From an uncultured Actinomycetota bacterium (lineage in GTDB: Bacteria > Actinomycetota > Actinomycetes > Mycobacteriales > Mycobacteriaceae), in assembly GCA_963737375.1 (NCBI GenBank), contig CAVTSP010000028.1:97090-161089 (forward strand): DNA of 64,000 nt, read 5' to 3'. The position numbers were made by a program, and so were the translations under genes. Below the pieces are notes generated by a model. It was not told where the DNA came from. It did not search any database and saw only the letters and a program-made list of their open reading frames with translations. Positions 31,579 through 42,290 of the stretch are shown piece after piece. Numbering within the stretch: position 1 is the stretch's first letter; every line of letters begins with the position of its first letter.

Positions 31579-31616
31579 CGGCTGCGATTGAGATCCGATT
31601 GTCGCGCCGCGCGAAC

Positions 31617-32006
31617 TTAGGCGGCCTCTCCGGACGGAGCGTTGACGTCGTCGGGCAGTGCCTTGCGAGCAACAGCGACCAATGCGGTGAACGCCGCGGC
31701 ATCGCTGATCGCGATGTCGGCGAGGTTCTTGCGGTCGACCTCAACGCCAGCAGCCTTGAGACCCTGGATCAGCCGGTTGTAGGTGATGTCGTTGGCGCGG
31801 GCAGCAGCGTTGATCCGAGAGATCCACAGCTTGCGGAACTCACCCTTGCGCGCACGACGGTCGCGGTAGGCGTAGGTCAGCGAATGTAGCTGCTGCTCTT
31901 TGGCTTTGCGGTAGAGGCGCGACCGCTGACCGCGATAGCCTTTGGAAGCCTTCAGGATGGTGCGGCGCTTCTTTTGGGCGTTGACTGCCCGCTTCACGCG
32001 TGCCAT
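31617..32006 (-). CDS. rplT: 50S ribosomal protein L20
   Basis: [38 protein letters not shown]... Confidence 0.98.
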   Translation of the reverse strand: MARVKRAVNAQKKRRTILKASKGYRGQRSRLYRKAKEQQLHSLTYAYRDRRARKGEFRKLWISRINAAARANDITYNRLIQGLKAAGVEVDRKNLADIAISDAAAFTALVAVARKALPDDVNAPSGEAA

Positions 32007-32058
32007 GGGGGTGTTCCTATCTCGTGGGGAAGTGGTTGTTCCGGCGCAGTGCTGCCGG

Positions 32059-32253
32059 TCAGCCGTTCAGAAGTTTCTTGACCCGCTTGGTGTCGTTCGC
32101 CGACACAGTGGTACGTCCGTCCAGGCGTCGCGTCCGCTTGGTCGGCTTGTGCTCGAGCAGGTGCCGGCGGCCGGCTTTCTCGCGCACGATCTTTCCGGTT
32201 CCGGTCTTTCGGAATCGCTTCGACGCTCCGCTGTGGGTCTTGGCCTTGGGCAT
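32059..32253 (-). CDS. rpmI: 50S ribosomal protein L35
   Basis: [36 protein letters not shown]... Confidence 0.98.
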   Translation of the reverse strand: MPKAKTHSGASKRFRKTGTGKIVREKAGRRHLLEHKPTKRTRRLDGRTTVSANDTKRVKKLLNG

Positions 32254-32274
32254 GTGTCCTCTGTCCTATGTGTG

Positions 32275-32877
<603 letters not shown>

Positions 32878-32962
32878 GGGGCCTCCCTAATTGATCTTCT
32901 CGTCAATTGCCACCGTCACCTGCTCCGTTCGGAGTCAGCGGTAGGGATGCCACGCCATCAGC

Positions 32963-32986
32963 AAAAAAGCCCTGCATAAGCAGGGC
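32963..32986 (-). terminator. Canonical intrinsic-terminator-like hairpin with U6 tract in the infC leader (possible attenuator)
   Basis: The reverse-strand RNA reads GCCCUGC-UUAU-GCAGGGC-UUUUUU: a 7-bp GC stem, a tetraloop and six U. It lies 86-109 nt upstream of the infC ATC. No gene upstream on this strand needs terminating. Confidence 0.5.
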
Positions 32987-33205
32987 CCAGTGCCGACCGA
33001 TCACGGCCGTAAGGCCGCCTGCCAACTGCAGAACCGGCACATCTGGTGTGCCAGTGACCGGACCGCTGAGCCTTGGTGGCCAACGGTGGGAGCGGGACTC
33101 CTCTTGCTGTCTCTGGCTTAGCCGGAGACGGTCGCGCGGTCAGTCTACCAGTCACGACACCCTGCTCCGACACGTCGCTGCACGGCCGGCCTCCGTAGGC
33201 GGCGG

Positions 33206-36200
33206 TTGCGGCCGACACGAGGAAGTCCTGCCAGCCGGATCATAGGCATTCCATGGCAATACCGAATATCCTCGCCGTCTGTGACCCTCACTGCGTCCCG
33301 CCCACGGATCGAGTCGACTTCTCGGCTCCGTTGGGTGCCGGTTGCTGCCGGGTGGACCGTCGGTGTGATCGCCACCTTGTCGCTGATCGCCAGCGTGTCG
33401 CCGGTGATCCGATGGGCCATCCGGGTGCCGCGGGAATTCATCAACGATTTCGTCTTCAACTTCCCCGACACCAGCTTCGCGTGGTCGTTCGTGCTGGCAC
33501 TGCTGGCCGGAGCGCTGACCGCGCGTAAACGTATCGCCTGGTGGGCGTTGCAGATCAACCTGCTGCTGGCCGCCGGATTGAACGTGGCCGGCTTGGTGGT
33601 GGATCACCCCAGCCACGCGAAGAGCTTCGGGGAGACGCTCGGACTGGGCCTGCACCTTGCTGCGGTGGTGGTGGTGGCCTTCGCCTACCGGGAGTTCTGG
33701 GCCAAGGTACGCCAGGGCGCGTTGTACAAGGCCGCCGGAGTCCTGGTGACCGGCTGGGTGATCGGCATCGTGCTGTCCTGGGGTCTGATCGAGACGTTCC
33801 CCCGTTCGCTGGCGGCAGAGGACCGGTTGTTCTACGTGGTGAACCGGGTGGTCGGGTTCGCCGTCGTCGAGTCGGCGCAGTTCACCGGCCGGCCGCCGGT
33901 GTTTCTCAACGCGCTGATGGGATTGTTCAGCGCGATGGCGTTGATCGCCGCCGCGATCGTCTTGTTCCAATCGCAGCGCGCCGAGAACGCGCTGACCGGT
34001 GAGGACGAGTCGGCGATCCGTGGGCTGCTGGAATTGTGGGGCAAGAACGATTCATTGGGCTACTTCGCCACCCGCCGCGACAAGTCGGTGGTTTTCGCGC
34101 CCAGTGGACGCGCGGCGATCACCTACCGCGTCGAGCTGGGCGTCTGCCTGGCCAGCGCAGACCCGATCGGCGATCCGCGGGCGTGGTCACAGGCCATCGA
34201 CGCGTGGTTGGCGCTCTGCCAGAGCTACGGCTGGACACCGGGCAACATGGGTGCGAGTTCGGCTGGGGCCAAAGCATTTCGCGAGGCGGGCCTCAATGCC
34301 TTGGAACTCGGCGACGAAGCGATTCTGAACACCGCTGAGTTCAGGCTTTCCGGCCGGGACATGCGCGGCGTCCGTCAGGCGGTGACGCGGGCACGTCGCG
34401 CCGGGCTGACGGTGCGTATCCGGCGCCACTACGACATCGACCCGGCCGAAATGGTGCAGGTGACCTCGCGGGCGGATGCCTGGCGAGACACCGACACCGA
34501 GCGCGGGTTCTCGATGGCCCTGGGCCGGCTGGGTGATCCGGCTGACGGGGACTGCCTGCTGGTCGAAGCCATCGGAGCCCAGGACGCCGTGGTCGCGATG
34601 CTGTCGCTGGTGCCCTGGGGACGTAACGGTGTGTCGCTCGATCTCATGCGTCGGTCGCCGCAGTCCCCCAACGGCACCATCGAGCTGATGGTCAGCGAGC
34701 TGGCCCTGCACGCCGAGCGCATCGGCATCAGTCGAATCTCGTTGAACTTCGCCATGTTCCGGTCCGCATTCGAACAGGGCGCCCAACTCGGCGCCGGCCC
34801 GGTGGCCCGGCTGTGGCGCGGATTCCTGCTGTTCTTCTCGCGGTGGTGGCAGCTGGAGACGCTGTACCGCTCCAACATGAAGTACCAGCCCGACTGGGTG
34901 CCGCGGTTCGCCTGCTACGACGACGCCCGCATGGTTCCGCGGGTAGGTGTCGCTTCGTCGATCGCGGAGGGCTTCCTGGTGCTGCCTTTCGCTCGGCGCG
35001 ACGAACAGCACACCGGCCATCACCCGTCCGTTCCACCGACGCTGTTGGCGACCGGACTGCTGCATGGTGACGGCTCCGCCCCGGACGTGTTGGCGCTGCA
35101 GGAAGCCGACTTCGGCGATAGCGACGCACCCAGTCGCCGACTGCCTGAGCAGATGCGCGTCCGACTGTCCAAGCTGAAGGCCCTGCAGGACAGCGGGATT
35201 GATGCCTACCCGGTCGGGCAACCGCCGAGCCACACGGTTGCCCAGGCTCTCGGGACCGGCGACCGGACCGATGTTTCGGTGTCGGGCCGGGTGCTGCGAA
35301 TCCGGGACTTCGGCGGCGTGCTGTTCGCCCAACTGCGCGACTGGTCAGCCGAAGTTCAACTGCTGCTGGAGAATTCGATTCTCGAACAGGGCCAAACCGC
35401 CGACTTCACCAAGGCCATCGACCTCGGCGACCTGGTCGAAGTCACCGGGCAAATGGGATGCAGCAAGACCGGCACCCCGTCGCTGATCGTGCACCACTGG
35501 CGGCTGATCGGTAAGTGCCTGCGTCCATTGCCGAACAAGTGGAAGGGGCTGACCGACCCCGAGGCGCGGGTACGCAGCCGCTATGTCGACCTGGCCGTCA
35601 ACGTGGAGGCTCGCGAGCTGATCTCAGCCCGCAGCAGGGCGCTGCGGGCAATTCGAGATACCCTGAACGACAAGGGTTTTCTGGAAGTCGAAACACCGAT
35701 CCTGCAACAAATTCACGGCGGCGCCACTGCCCGCCCGTTCATCACTCACATCAACAGCTACGACCTCGACCTGTATCTGCGGATAGCACCCGAGCTGTAT
35801 CTGAAACGGTTGTGCGTCGGAGGGATCGAGCGTGTCTTCGAACTGGGCCGGGCTTTCCGCAACGAGGGTGTCGACTTCAGTCACAATCCGGAGTTCACCC
35901 TGCTCGAGGCGTATCAGGCGCACGCCGACTACAAAGACTGGATCGACGGCTGCCGGGAGCTGATCCAGAACGCCGCGCAGGCCGCCAACGGAGCCCAGGT
36001 GGTGATGCGTCCCGGTGCCGGTGATGCGCTGGAAGAGGTTGACATCTCCGGCGTCTGGCCGGTGAAGACTGTCCACGAGGCAGTGTCCGACGCGCTTGGC
36101 CAGCACATCGACGCCAGTACCGATCTGGCGACGCTACGTCGACTGTCGGATGCGGTGCAGATCCCGTACCTGGCGCGCTGGGATGCCGGCGCCGTGGTGC

Positions 36201-36595
36201 TCGAGCTGTACGAGCACCTGGTGGAAGCCCGCACCGAGCAGCCAACTTTCTATATCGATTTTCCGCTGTCGGTGTCGCCGCTGACCCGGCCGCACCGTAG
36301 CCAGCCCGGGCTCGCCGAGCGCTGGGATCTGGTGGCGTGGGGCGTGGAATTAGGCACGGCCTACAGCGAACTCACCGACCCCGTCGAGCAGCGCCGCCGC
36401 CTCGAGGAGCAGTCCTATCTTGCTGCCGGTGGAGATCCCGAAGCCATGGAGCTCGACGAAGATTTCCTGCAGGCCATGGAGTACGCGATGCCGCCGACCG
36501 GTGGCTTGGGAATGGGCGTCGACCGCGTCATCATGCTGATCACCGGCCGAAGCATTCGCGAGACGCTGCCCTTCCCGCTGGCCAAGCCGCGCTAG
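33206..36595 (+). CDS. lysX: Lysylphosphatidylglycerol synthase fused to lysyl-tRNA synthetase
   Basis: The N-terminal half is a polytopic MprF-like domain ([18 protein letters not shown]..., [26 protein letters not shown]). The C-terminal half is a class II LysRS ([35 protein letters not shown]). Start is uncertain. Confidence 0.95.
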   Translation: MRPTRGSPASRIIGIPWQYRISSPSVTLTASRPRIESTSRLRWVPVAAGWTVGVIATLSLIASVSPVIRWAIRVPREFINDFVFNFPDTSFAWSFVLALLAGALTARKRIAWWALQINLLLAAGLNVAGLVVDHPSHAKSFGETLGLGLHLAAVVVVAFAYREFWAKVRQGALYKAAGVLVTGWVIGIVLSWGLIETFPRSLAAEDRLFYVVNRVVGFAVVESAQFTGRPPVFLNALMGLFSAMALIAAAIVLFQSQRAENALTGEDESAIRGLLELWGKNDSLGYFATRRDKSVVFAPSGRAAITYRVELGVCLASADPIGDPRAWSQAIDAWLALCQSYGWTPGNMGASSAGAKAFREAGLNALELGDEAILNTAEFRLSGRDMRGVRQAVTRARRAGLTVRIRRHYDIDPAEMVQVTSRADAWRDTDTERGFSMALGRLGDPADGDCLLVEAIGAQDAVVAMLSLVPWGRNGVSLDLMRRSPQSPNGTIELMVSELALHAERIGISRISLNFAMFRSAFEQGAQLGAGPVARLWRGFLLFFSRWWQLETLYRSNMKYQPDWVPRFACYDDARMVPRVGVASSIAEGFLVLPFARRDEQHTGHHPSVPPTLLATGLLHGDGSAPDVLALQEADFGDSDAPSRRLPEQMRVRLSKLKALQDSGIDAYPVGQPPSHTVAQALGTGDRTDVSVSGRVLRIRDFGGVLFAQLRDWSAEVQLLLENSILEQGQTADFTKAIDLGDLVEVTGQMGCSKTGTPSLIVHHWRLIGKCLRPLPNKWKGLTDPEARVRSRYVDLAVNVEARELISARSRALRAIRDTLNDKGFLEVETPILQQIHGGATARPFITHINSYDLDLYLRIAPELYLKRLCVGGIERVFELGRAFRNEGVDFSHNPEFTLLEAYQAHADYKDWIDGCRELIQNAAQAANGAQVVMRPGAGDALEEVDISGVWPVKTVHEAVSDALGQHIDASTDLATLRRLSDAVQIPYLARWDAGAVVLELYEHLVEARTEQPTFYIDFPLSVSPLTRPHRSQPGLAERWDLVAWGVELGTAYSELTDPVEQRRRLEEQSYLAAGGDPEAMELDEDFLQAMEYAMPPTGGLGMGVDRVIMLITGRSIRETLPFPLAKPR

Positions 36596-36598
36596 CCG

Positions 36599-36624
36599 GC
36601 CCGGCGTCTCTCAACACGCCGGGC
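36599..36624 (+). terminator. GC hairpin just after the lysX stop
   Basis: GCCCGGCG-N10-CGCCGGGC (8-bp stem) begins 4 nt after the stop. There is no U tract, which as I recall is common for mycobacterial terminators. Confidence 0.35.
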
Positions 36625-36670
36625 GCCAGATCCGCAGAAGTCATGCTCTGAGCGCGCAAAAAAGACGACA

Positions 36671-38128
36671 ATGGACCGCGTGACAGGTTCAACGGCGAAC
36701 CTCCCTTTTGCGGTGCTGGCTGACAACCACACTTCGTTGATGCACGGGTGGGTGCCCGCAGTGGTCCAGGCGTTCGCGGCCGCCCTGCTGCTGGTGGCGA
36801 TCGGGCGGCGATCACGTCGGTGGAGTCTGCTGTCGTTGCCGGTGGCCGCGGTGCTGGGCGCCGCCCTGGCCGGGATGTCGCATTGGTACATCGAAAATCG
36901 GGGTCTTGCCGATGACCCGGCACCTCAACTGCTGTGGTGGTGGATCGGCGGCACCGGGGTCGCCGCTGCCATCCTGATCCTGGGCTGGCGCACCGCACAC
37001 TGGTGGCGTCGCAGCGCAGCTCTGGTGTCTGTGCCGCTCTGTCTGCTGAGTGCCGCGCTGACGCTCAACCTCTGGGTCGGCTACTTCCCCACTGTGCAGA
37101 CCGCCTGGGATCAGATGACCGCCGGTCCGCTGCCTGACCAGACCGATGCGGCCGGCGTCGCCGCGATGGCTGCCGCCGGCCTGCAGCCACCCCACGGCAG
37201 CGTCGTGCCGGTGTCGATCTCCGACGATGCGTCGCATTTCAAACACCGCGGAGAAGTCGTCTACCTGCCGCCGGCATGGTTCGCCAGCAGTCCCCCGCCG
37301 CAGCTGCCGACGGTGATGATGATCGGCGGCGAGTTCAACACGCCTTCCGACTGGCTGCGGGCCGGCAATGCCGCGAAGACGATCGACGACCTGGCGGCCA
37401 CCCACGGAGGTAACGCTCCGGTGTTCGTGTTCGTGGATTCCGGTGGAGCGTTCAACAACGACACCGAATGCGTCAACGGTGTTCGCGGCAACGCCGCCGA
37501 CCATCTCACTAAAGATGTTGTGCCTTTTATGATTTCGCGTTTCAGGGTCAGTCCGGATGCGGCGAATTGGGGTACCGTCGGCTGGTCGATGGGCGGAACC
37601 TGCGCGCTCGACCTCACCGTCATGCATCCGGAGTTGTTCAGCTCGTTCGTCGACATCTCGGGCAACCTGGGCCCGGAGACGGGGACCAAGGCGCAGACCA
37701 TCGCCCGGTTGTTCGGCGGCAACGCGGACGCATGGGCCGCCTTCGATCCGGCCACCGTCATCGCCAAACACGGCCGATACACCGGTGTTTCGGGCTGGTT
37801 CGATGTGTCGGCGAACACCCCGTCCAAGCGTCACCACGGCATCTCGGTCACCGATGCCGGCGACACGACGCTGACCAGTCGGGAGTCGAAGCCGGGCGAC
37901 CAGACCGCAGCGGCCGAGTCGTTGTGCGAACTCGGCCGCGCCAACGGGATCAACTGCACGATCGTCGCTCAGCCGGGCAAGCACGACTGGCCGTTCGCAA
38001 GCAATGCTTTCGCCGCGGCGCTGCCGTGGCTGGCCGGCCGGCTGGGAACACCGGGTGTGCCGCGGATCCCGTCGCCGCCATCGTGGCCATCGGCGCCGAC
38101 TCCGCTCGCCGAGCCGGTCGGTCGATGA
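36671..38128 (+). CDS. Membrane-anchored esterase-family (esterase D / antigen 85-like fold) protein (Rv1639c-like)
   Basis: N-terminal TM helices (WVPAVVQAFAAALLLVAIG, LLSLPVAAVLGAALAG, WWWIGGTGVAAAILILGW). C-terminal alpha/beta-hydrolase part with GWSMGGTCAL (GxSxG). Confidence 0.75.
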   Translation: MDRVTGSTANLPFAVLADNHTSLMHGWVPAVVQAFAAALLLVAIGRRSRRWSLLSLPVAAVLGAALAGMSHWYIENRGLADDPAPQLLWWWIGGTGVAAAILILGWRTAHWWRRSAALVSVPLCLLSAALTLNLWVGYFPTVQTAWDQMTAGPLPDQTDAAGVAAMAAAGLQPPHGSVVPVSISDDASHFKHRGEVVYLPPAWFASSPPPQLPTVMMIGGEFNTPSDWLRAGNAAKTIDDLAATHGGNAPVFVFVDSGGAFNNDTECVNGVRGNAADHLTKDVVPFMISRFRVSPDAANWGTVGWSMGGTCALDLTVMHPELFSSFVDISGNLGPETGTKAQTIARLFGGNADAWAAFDPATVIAKHGRYTGVSGWFDVSANTPSKRHHGISVTDAGDTTLTSRESKPGDQTAAAESLCELGRANGINCTIVAQPGKHDWPFASNAFAAALPWLAGRLGTPGVPRIPSPPSWPSAPTPLAEPVGR

Positions 38129-38146
38129 CGCGGGTACGGTAGGAGC

Positions 38147-38395
38147 ATGGCCGAACAGCCCGAAGGTACCGCCCCCGACGCCGACAACGGCTACACCAGC
38201 TCCGGGGTACCGACATTCGACTCCGTTCGGGAAAAAATCGAGTCGCGCTACGAGACATCAATCGGGGCAACCGAATTGGATGCCGAGACCCCCGAGGGCC
38301 GCGATGTCGATGAGCAGTTCGAGGCGAGGCAGCGGGCGGCCGCCGATCGGCTGGCCCAGATCCGCGAATCGATGCGCGACGACTCGAGCGGTTAG
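38147..38395 (+). CDS. Small acidic conserved hypothetical protein (position of Rv1638A)
   Basis: 82 aa with protein-like composition (EKIESRYETSIGATELDAETPEGRDVDEQFEARQRAAADRLAQIRESM). No domain recognised. Confidence 0.55.
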   Translation: MAEQPEGTAPDADNGYTSSGVPTFDSVREKIESRYETSIGATELDAETPEGRDVDEQFEARQRAAADRLAQIRESMRDDSSG

Positions 38396-38415
38396 GTATG
38401 AGCGCCGCGCGCCGT

Positions 38416-38474
38416 CGAGTGTGCAGCTTGTGTGTGTGATTTCGAGAATCTGTCGGCGCTAACCTGCACACTCG
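38416..38474. terminator. 11-bp inverted repeat between convergent genes (small acidic ORF and uvrA)
   Basis: CGAGTGTGCAG (38416..38426) and CTGCACACTCG (38464..38474) are exact complements with a 37-nt loop containing (TG)5. It sits between two convergent stops, so it is a candidate bidirectional terminator. Confidence 0.4.
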
Positions 38475-38496
38475 GGCGCACGTGAGGCGGCCAGGC

Positions 38497-41421
38497 TCAA
38501 GCACTGACCTTGCGGCGCTTGGTCGCTCGCTTCGTGGTACCGGCTGATCGCTTGTTGCCGGCGGCGAGTATTTCCGCGAGGAACTTGCCGGTGTAGCTTT
38601 CCGGTACCGCCACGATGTCTTCCGGTGTGCCCTCGGCGACGATGGTTCCGCCGCCGGCGCCGCCTTCTGGACCCATGTCGATGATCCAGTCCGACGTCTT
38701 GATCACGTCCAGGTTGTGTTCGATGACGATCACCGTATTGCCTTTGTCGACAAGGCCGTTGATGACGTCGAGCAGCTTGCGGATGTCTTCGAAATGCAGG
38801 CCGGTGGTGGGCTCGTCGAGGATGTAGACGGTGCGTCCGGTGGAGCGCTTCTGCAGCTCCGAGGCCAGCTTCACCCGTTGCGCCTCACCGCCGGACAGCG
38901 TCGGCGCCGGCTGGCCCAGCCGCACGTACCCGAGGCCGACGTCGACCAGCGTCTGCAGATAGCGGTGGATGCTGGTGATCGGCTGGAAGAACTCCGCAGC
39001 TTCTTCGATCGACATGTCGAGCACTTCGGAAATGGTCTTGCCCTTGTAGTGCACCTCGAGGGTCTCGCGGTTGTACCGGGCGCCGTTGCACACCTCGCAG
39101 GGCACATACACGTCAGGCAGGAAGTTCATCTCGATCTTGATGGTGCCGTCGCCGGTGCATGCCTCGCAGCGCCCCCCTTTGACGTTGAACGAGAATCGGC
39201 CCGGCTGGTAGCCGCGCACTTTGGCCTCGGTGGTCGCCGCGAACAGCGTGCGGATCTTGTCGAAGACTCCGGTGTAGGTGGCCGGGTTGGAGCGCGGGGT
39301 ACGCCCGATCGGCGACTGGTCGACCCGGACCAGCTTGTCGACGTGGTCCAGCCCGGTGACGCGGGTGTGGCGGCCCGGGACATGGCGGGCGCCGTTGAGC
39401 CTGTTCGCCAGCACCGAGGCCAGGATGTCGTTGACCAACGTCGACTTGCCGGAGCCGGACACGCCCGTCACCGAGGTCAGCACGCCGAGCGGGAACGCCA
39501 CGTCGATGCCGCGCAGGTTGTGTTCGTTGGCGCCCACCACCGTGAGCTGGCGTTTCTTGTCCACCGAACGCCGAATCGTCGGGGCCGCAATGCTTTGCTT
39601 GCCGGACAGGTAGGCGCCGGTGATCGATTCCTTGTTGGTCAGCAGGTCGGCGTAGGTGCCGCTGTGCACGATGTGGCCGCCGTGCTCGCCCGCGCCCGGA
39701 CCGATGTCGACCACCCAGTCGGCGTGCGCGATGGTGTCCTCGTCGTGCTCGACGACGATCAGGGTGTTCCCCAGATTCCGCAAGCGAGTGAGGGTTTCGA
39801 TCAGCCGGCGGTTGTCACGCTGATGCAGGCCGATCGACGGCTCGTCGAGCACGTAGAGCACGCCGACCAGCCCGGAGCCGATCTGGGTGGCCAGCCGGAT
39901 GCGCTGCGCCTCGCCACCGGACAGCGTGCCCGCAGCCCGCGACAGCGACAGATACTCCAAGCCGACGTCGAGCAGAAAGCCCAGCCGCGACTGGATCTCC
40001 TTGAGCACCTGGCCCGCGATCGCTTGCTCGCGAGTGCCGAGCGTGAGCCCATTGAGGAAGTCCGCGCAGTCGGAGATGGACAGCTCACAGACCTCGGCGA
40101 TGGACTTGGCGCCGTGCGTACCCGCAGCCAGGGTGACCGCCAGGATTTCCGGCTTGAGTCGCGTGCCGTCGCACACCGGACACGGAACGTCACGCATGAA
40201 ACCCTCGTAACGCTCCTTCATCAGCTCGGATTCGGTCTGATCCAGCTTGCGCTCCAGGAACGCCAGGACGCCCTCGAAGTCGGCGTAGTACGAGCGGGTG
40301 CGGCCGTAGCGATTGCGGTAGCGGACGTGCACCTGCTCGTCGCAACCCTCCAGAATTGCCTTGCGCGCCTTGACCGGTAGCTTGCGCCACGGTGTATCAG
40401 TGTCGAAGCCCATGGATTCACCCAGACTCGCCATCATCCGGGTGAAGTACTCCGCGGTGTGCCCCATCGACCAGGGCGCCACCGCACCCTCGGCCAGGGT
40501 GCGATCCGGGTCGGGCACCACCAGATCAGGATCGACTTCTTTGCGGATGCCCAGACCGACACACTCCGGGCAGGCGCCATATGGCGAGTTGAACGAGAAC
40601 GAGCGCGGCTCCAGATCGTCGACGGCCAGGGCGTGCCCGTTGGGGCAGGCCAGTTTCTCGGAGAATCGCTGCTCGCGGGGATGACCGGGCTCGTGAGCTT
40701 CCTGATCTGGGAACTCCAGCACCACGATGCCGTCGGCCAGGTTCAGCGCGGTCTCGACCGAATCGGTGAGCCGCTGCTTGGCGCTGGTCTTGACGGTCAG
40801 GCGGTCTACCACCACCTCGATGTCGTGCTTCTCCTGCTTCTTCAGTTTCGGTGGATCGGTCAGCTGATGCACCACGCCGTCAACCCGGACACGGCTGTAG
40901 CCCTGCGCGTTGAGTTTTTCGAAGAGGTCGGCGAATTCGCCCTTGCGGGTCCGCACCACCGGGGCCAGCACCTGGAAGCGGGTGCCTTCGGGCATGACCA
41001 GCACCTGGTCGACGATCTGCTGGGGAGTCTGGCGGGCGATCCGCTCACCGCAGACCGGGCAGTGCGGTGTGCCCGCGCGGGCGTACAGCAGACGTAGGTA
41101 GTCGTAGACCTCGGTGATGGTGCCGACGGTCGACCGCGGGTTGCGGTTGGTCGACTTCTGGTCGATGGACACCGCCGGGGACAACCCCTCGATGAAGTCG
41201 ACGTCCGGCTTGTCCATCTGCCCGAGGAACTGGCGGGCGTACGCCGAGAGCGATTCGACGTAGCGCCGCTGCCCCTCGGCAAAGATCGTGTCGAACGCCA
41301 GCGACGACTTTCCCGAGCCCGACAGCCCGGTGAAGACGATCAGTGCGTCGCGCGGCAAATCAAGATCGACACTGCGCAAATTGTGCTCACGCGCACCCTT
41401 AACGATCAGGCGATCAGCCAC
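38497..41421 (-). CDS. uvrA: Excinuclease ABC subunit A
   Basis: [54 protein letters not shown], plus a second ABC module [27 protein letters not shown] and zinc-finger Cys clusters. GTG 41421 is preferred; the longest ORF reaches 41451. Confidence 0.97.
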   Translation of the reverse strand: MADRLIVKGAREHNLRSVDLDLPRDALIVFTGLSGSGKSSLAFDTIFAEGQRRYVESLSAYARQFLGQMDKPDVDFIEGLSPAVSIDQKSTNRNPRSTVGTITEVYDYLRLLYARAGTPHCPVCGERIARQTPQQIVDQVLVMPEGTRFQVLAPVVRTRKGEFADLFEKLNAQGYSRVRVDGVVHQLTDPPKLKKQEKHDIEVVVDRLTVKTSAKQRLTDSVETALNLADGIVVLEFPDQEAHEPGHPREQRFSEKLACPNGHALAVDDLEPRSFSFNSPYGACPECVGLGIRKEVDPDLVVPDPDRTLAEGAVAPWSMGHTAEYFTRMMASLGESMGFDTDTPWRKLPVKARKAILEGCDEQVHVRYRNRYGRTRSYYADFEGVLAFLERKLDQTESELMKERYEGFMRDVPCPVCDGTRLKPEILAVTLAAGTHGAKSIAEVCELSISDCADFLNGLTLGTREQAIAGQVLKEIQSRLGFLLDVGLEYLSLSRAAGTLSGGEAQRIRLATQIGSGLVGVLYVLDEPSIGLHQRDNRRLIETLTRLRNLGNTLIVVEHDEDTIAHADWVVDIGPGAGEHGGHIVHSGTYADLLTNKESITGAYLSGKQSIAAPTIRRSVDKKRQLTVVGANEHNLRGIDVAFPLGVLTSVTGVSGSGKSTLVNDILASVLANRLNGARHVPGRHTRVTGLDHVDKLVRVDQSPIGRTPRSNPATYTGVFDKIRTLFAATTEAKVRGYQPGRFSFNVKGGRCEACTGDGTIKIEMNFLPDVYVPCEVCNGARYNRETLEVHYKGKTISEVLDMSIEEAAEFFQPITSIHRYLQTLVDVGLGYVRLGQPAPTLSGGEAQRVKLASELQKRSTGRTVYILDEPTTGLHFEDIRKLLDVINGLVDKGNTVIVIEHNLDVIKTSDWIIDMGPEGGAGGGTIVAEGTPEDIVAVPESYTGKFLAEILAAGNKRSAGTTKRATKRRKVSA

Positions 41422-41511
41422 GCAATCCCTTTCCGAGCGCTCACTGGACACGTCATTCCTATGCTATGTGCCGGTACCGACATCCGAGCGCCGGCCAGTA
41501 CCGTGACTGGT

Positions 41512-42189
41512 ATGACCGTCCTGGACGACAATTACACCGGCCACGTCGAATCGGGTAGTGCGGCCCGACGGACCCTGCCCGGCGTGTCGATCGTCAAGAC
41601 GTCGGTCGGCCCCATGGATAACAACGCCTACCTGGTCACCTGTTCCGCGACCGGCGAGACGCTGCTGATCGACGCCGCCAATGACGCGGATGCCCTCATC
41701 GACCTGGTTCGCACCCACGCCCCGAAGGTGTCGTTGATCGTCACCAGCCACCAGCACTTCGATCACTGGCAGGCGCTGGAAGCCGTCGCCGGAGCGACCG
41801 GAGCGCCAACCGCCGCGCACGAGATCGACGCCGAGCCGCTGCCGGTGACGCCGGATCGCCTGCTGGCCGGCGGCGACACTATCCAGATCGGCGAGCTGAC
41901 CTTCGACGTCATCCATCTGCGCGGGCACACCCCGGGATCGGTCGCGCTGGCCCTCGACGGGGCGGCGACCGGCGGAGTCACCCAGCTGTTCACCGGCGAC
42001 TGCCTGTTCCCCGGCGGGGTCGGCAAAACCTGGCAGCCCGGCGATTTCGAGCAGCTGATCTCCGACGTCACCACCCGGGTGTTCGACCGCTTCGGCGATG
42101 ACACGGTGGTCTACCCCGGCCACGGCGACGACACCACGCTCGGCGCCGAGCGGCCGCACCTGGCCGAGTGGCGCGAACGCGGCTGGTAA
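41512..42189 (+). CDS. MBL-fold metallo-hydrolase (glyoxalase II-like, Rv1637c-like)
   Basis: From ATG 41512 (MTVLDDNYTG...): NAYLV, HxHxDH motif TSHQHFDHW, HLRGHTPGS, TGDCLFPGGVG, YPGHG. The upstream 43 codons of the track ORF overlap the uvrA 5' region and look non-coding. Confidence 0.88.
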   Translation: MTVLDDNYTGHVESGSAARRTLPGVSIVKTSVGPMDNNAYLVTCSATGETLLIDAANDADALIDLVRTHAPKVSLIVTSHQHFDHWQALEAVAGATGAPTAAHEIDAEPLPVTPDRLLAGGDTIQIGELTFDVIHLRGHTPGSVALALDGAATGGVTQLFTGDCLFPGGVGKTWQPGDFEQLISDVTTRVFDRFGDDTVVYPGHGDDTTLGAERPHLAEWRERGW

Positions 42190-42241
42190 GCCGCGCGAGC
42201 GACCTCCGAAAAACCCCGTGGCGCGAACGCGGTTGGTAAGC
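42168..42241 (+). repeat. 24-nt direct repeat (23/24 identical), first copy covering the MBL gene stop, second copy 50 nt downstream
   Basis: GTGGCGCGAACGCGGCTGGTAAGC (42168..42191) versus GTGGCGCGAACGCGGTTGGTAAGC (42218..42241). Confidence 0.8.
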
Positions 42242-42290
42242 GGTGGGTAAACAGCGCCGCGAAACGCGGTGCAGCCCCTACCCTTAGCCG

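Noticed and set aside
34187-37984. 381-aa (34187..35332) and 390-aa (36812..37984) ORFs on the - strand, plus the 390-aa ORF at 41464..42636 elsewhere
   Set aside because: Antisense to lysX, the esterase-family gene and the MBL gene. Arg/Gly/Pro-rich junk translations.
38428-38440. (TG)5 microsatellite
   Set aside because: It is very short and lies in the loop of the inter-convergent hairpin. No evidence of function or variability from a single sequence.
38716-40380. 554-aa ORF on the + strand
   Set aside because: Antisense to uvrA, with a repetitive VDxxQ/LG-rich translation. A high-GC stop-codon-free mirror frame.
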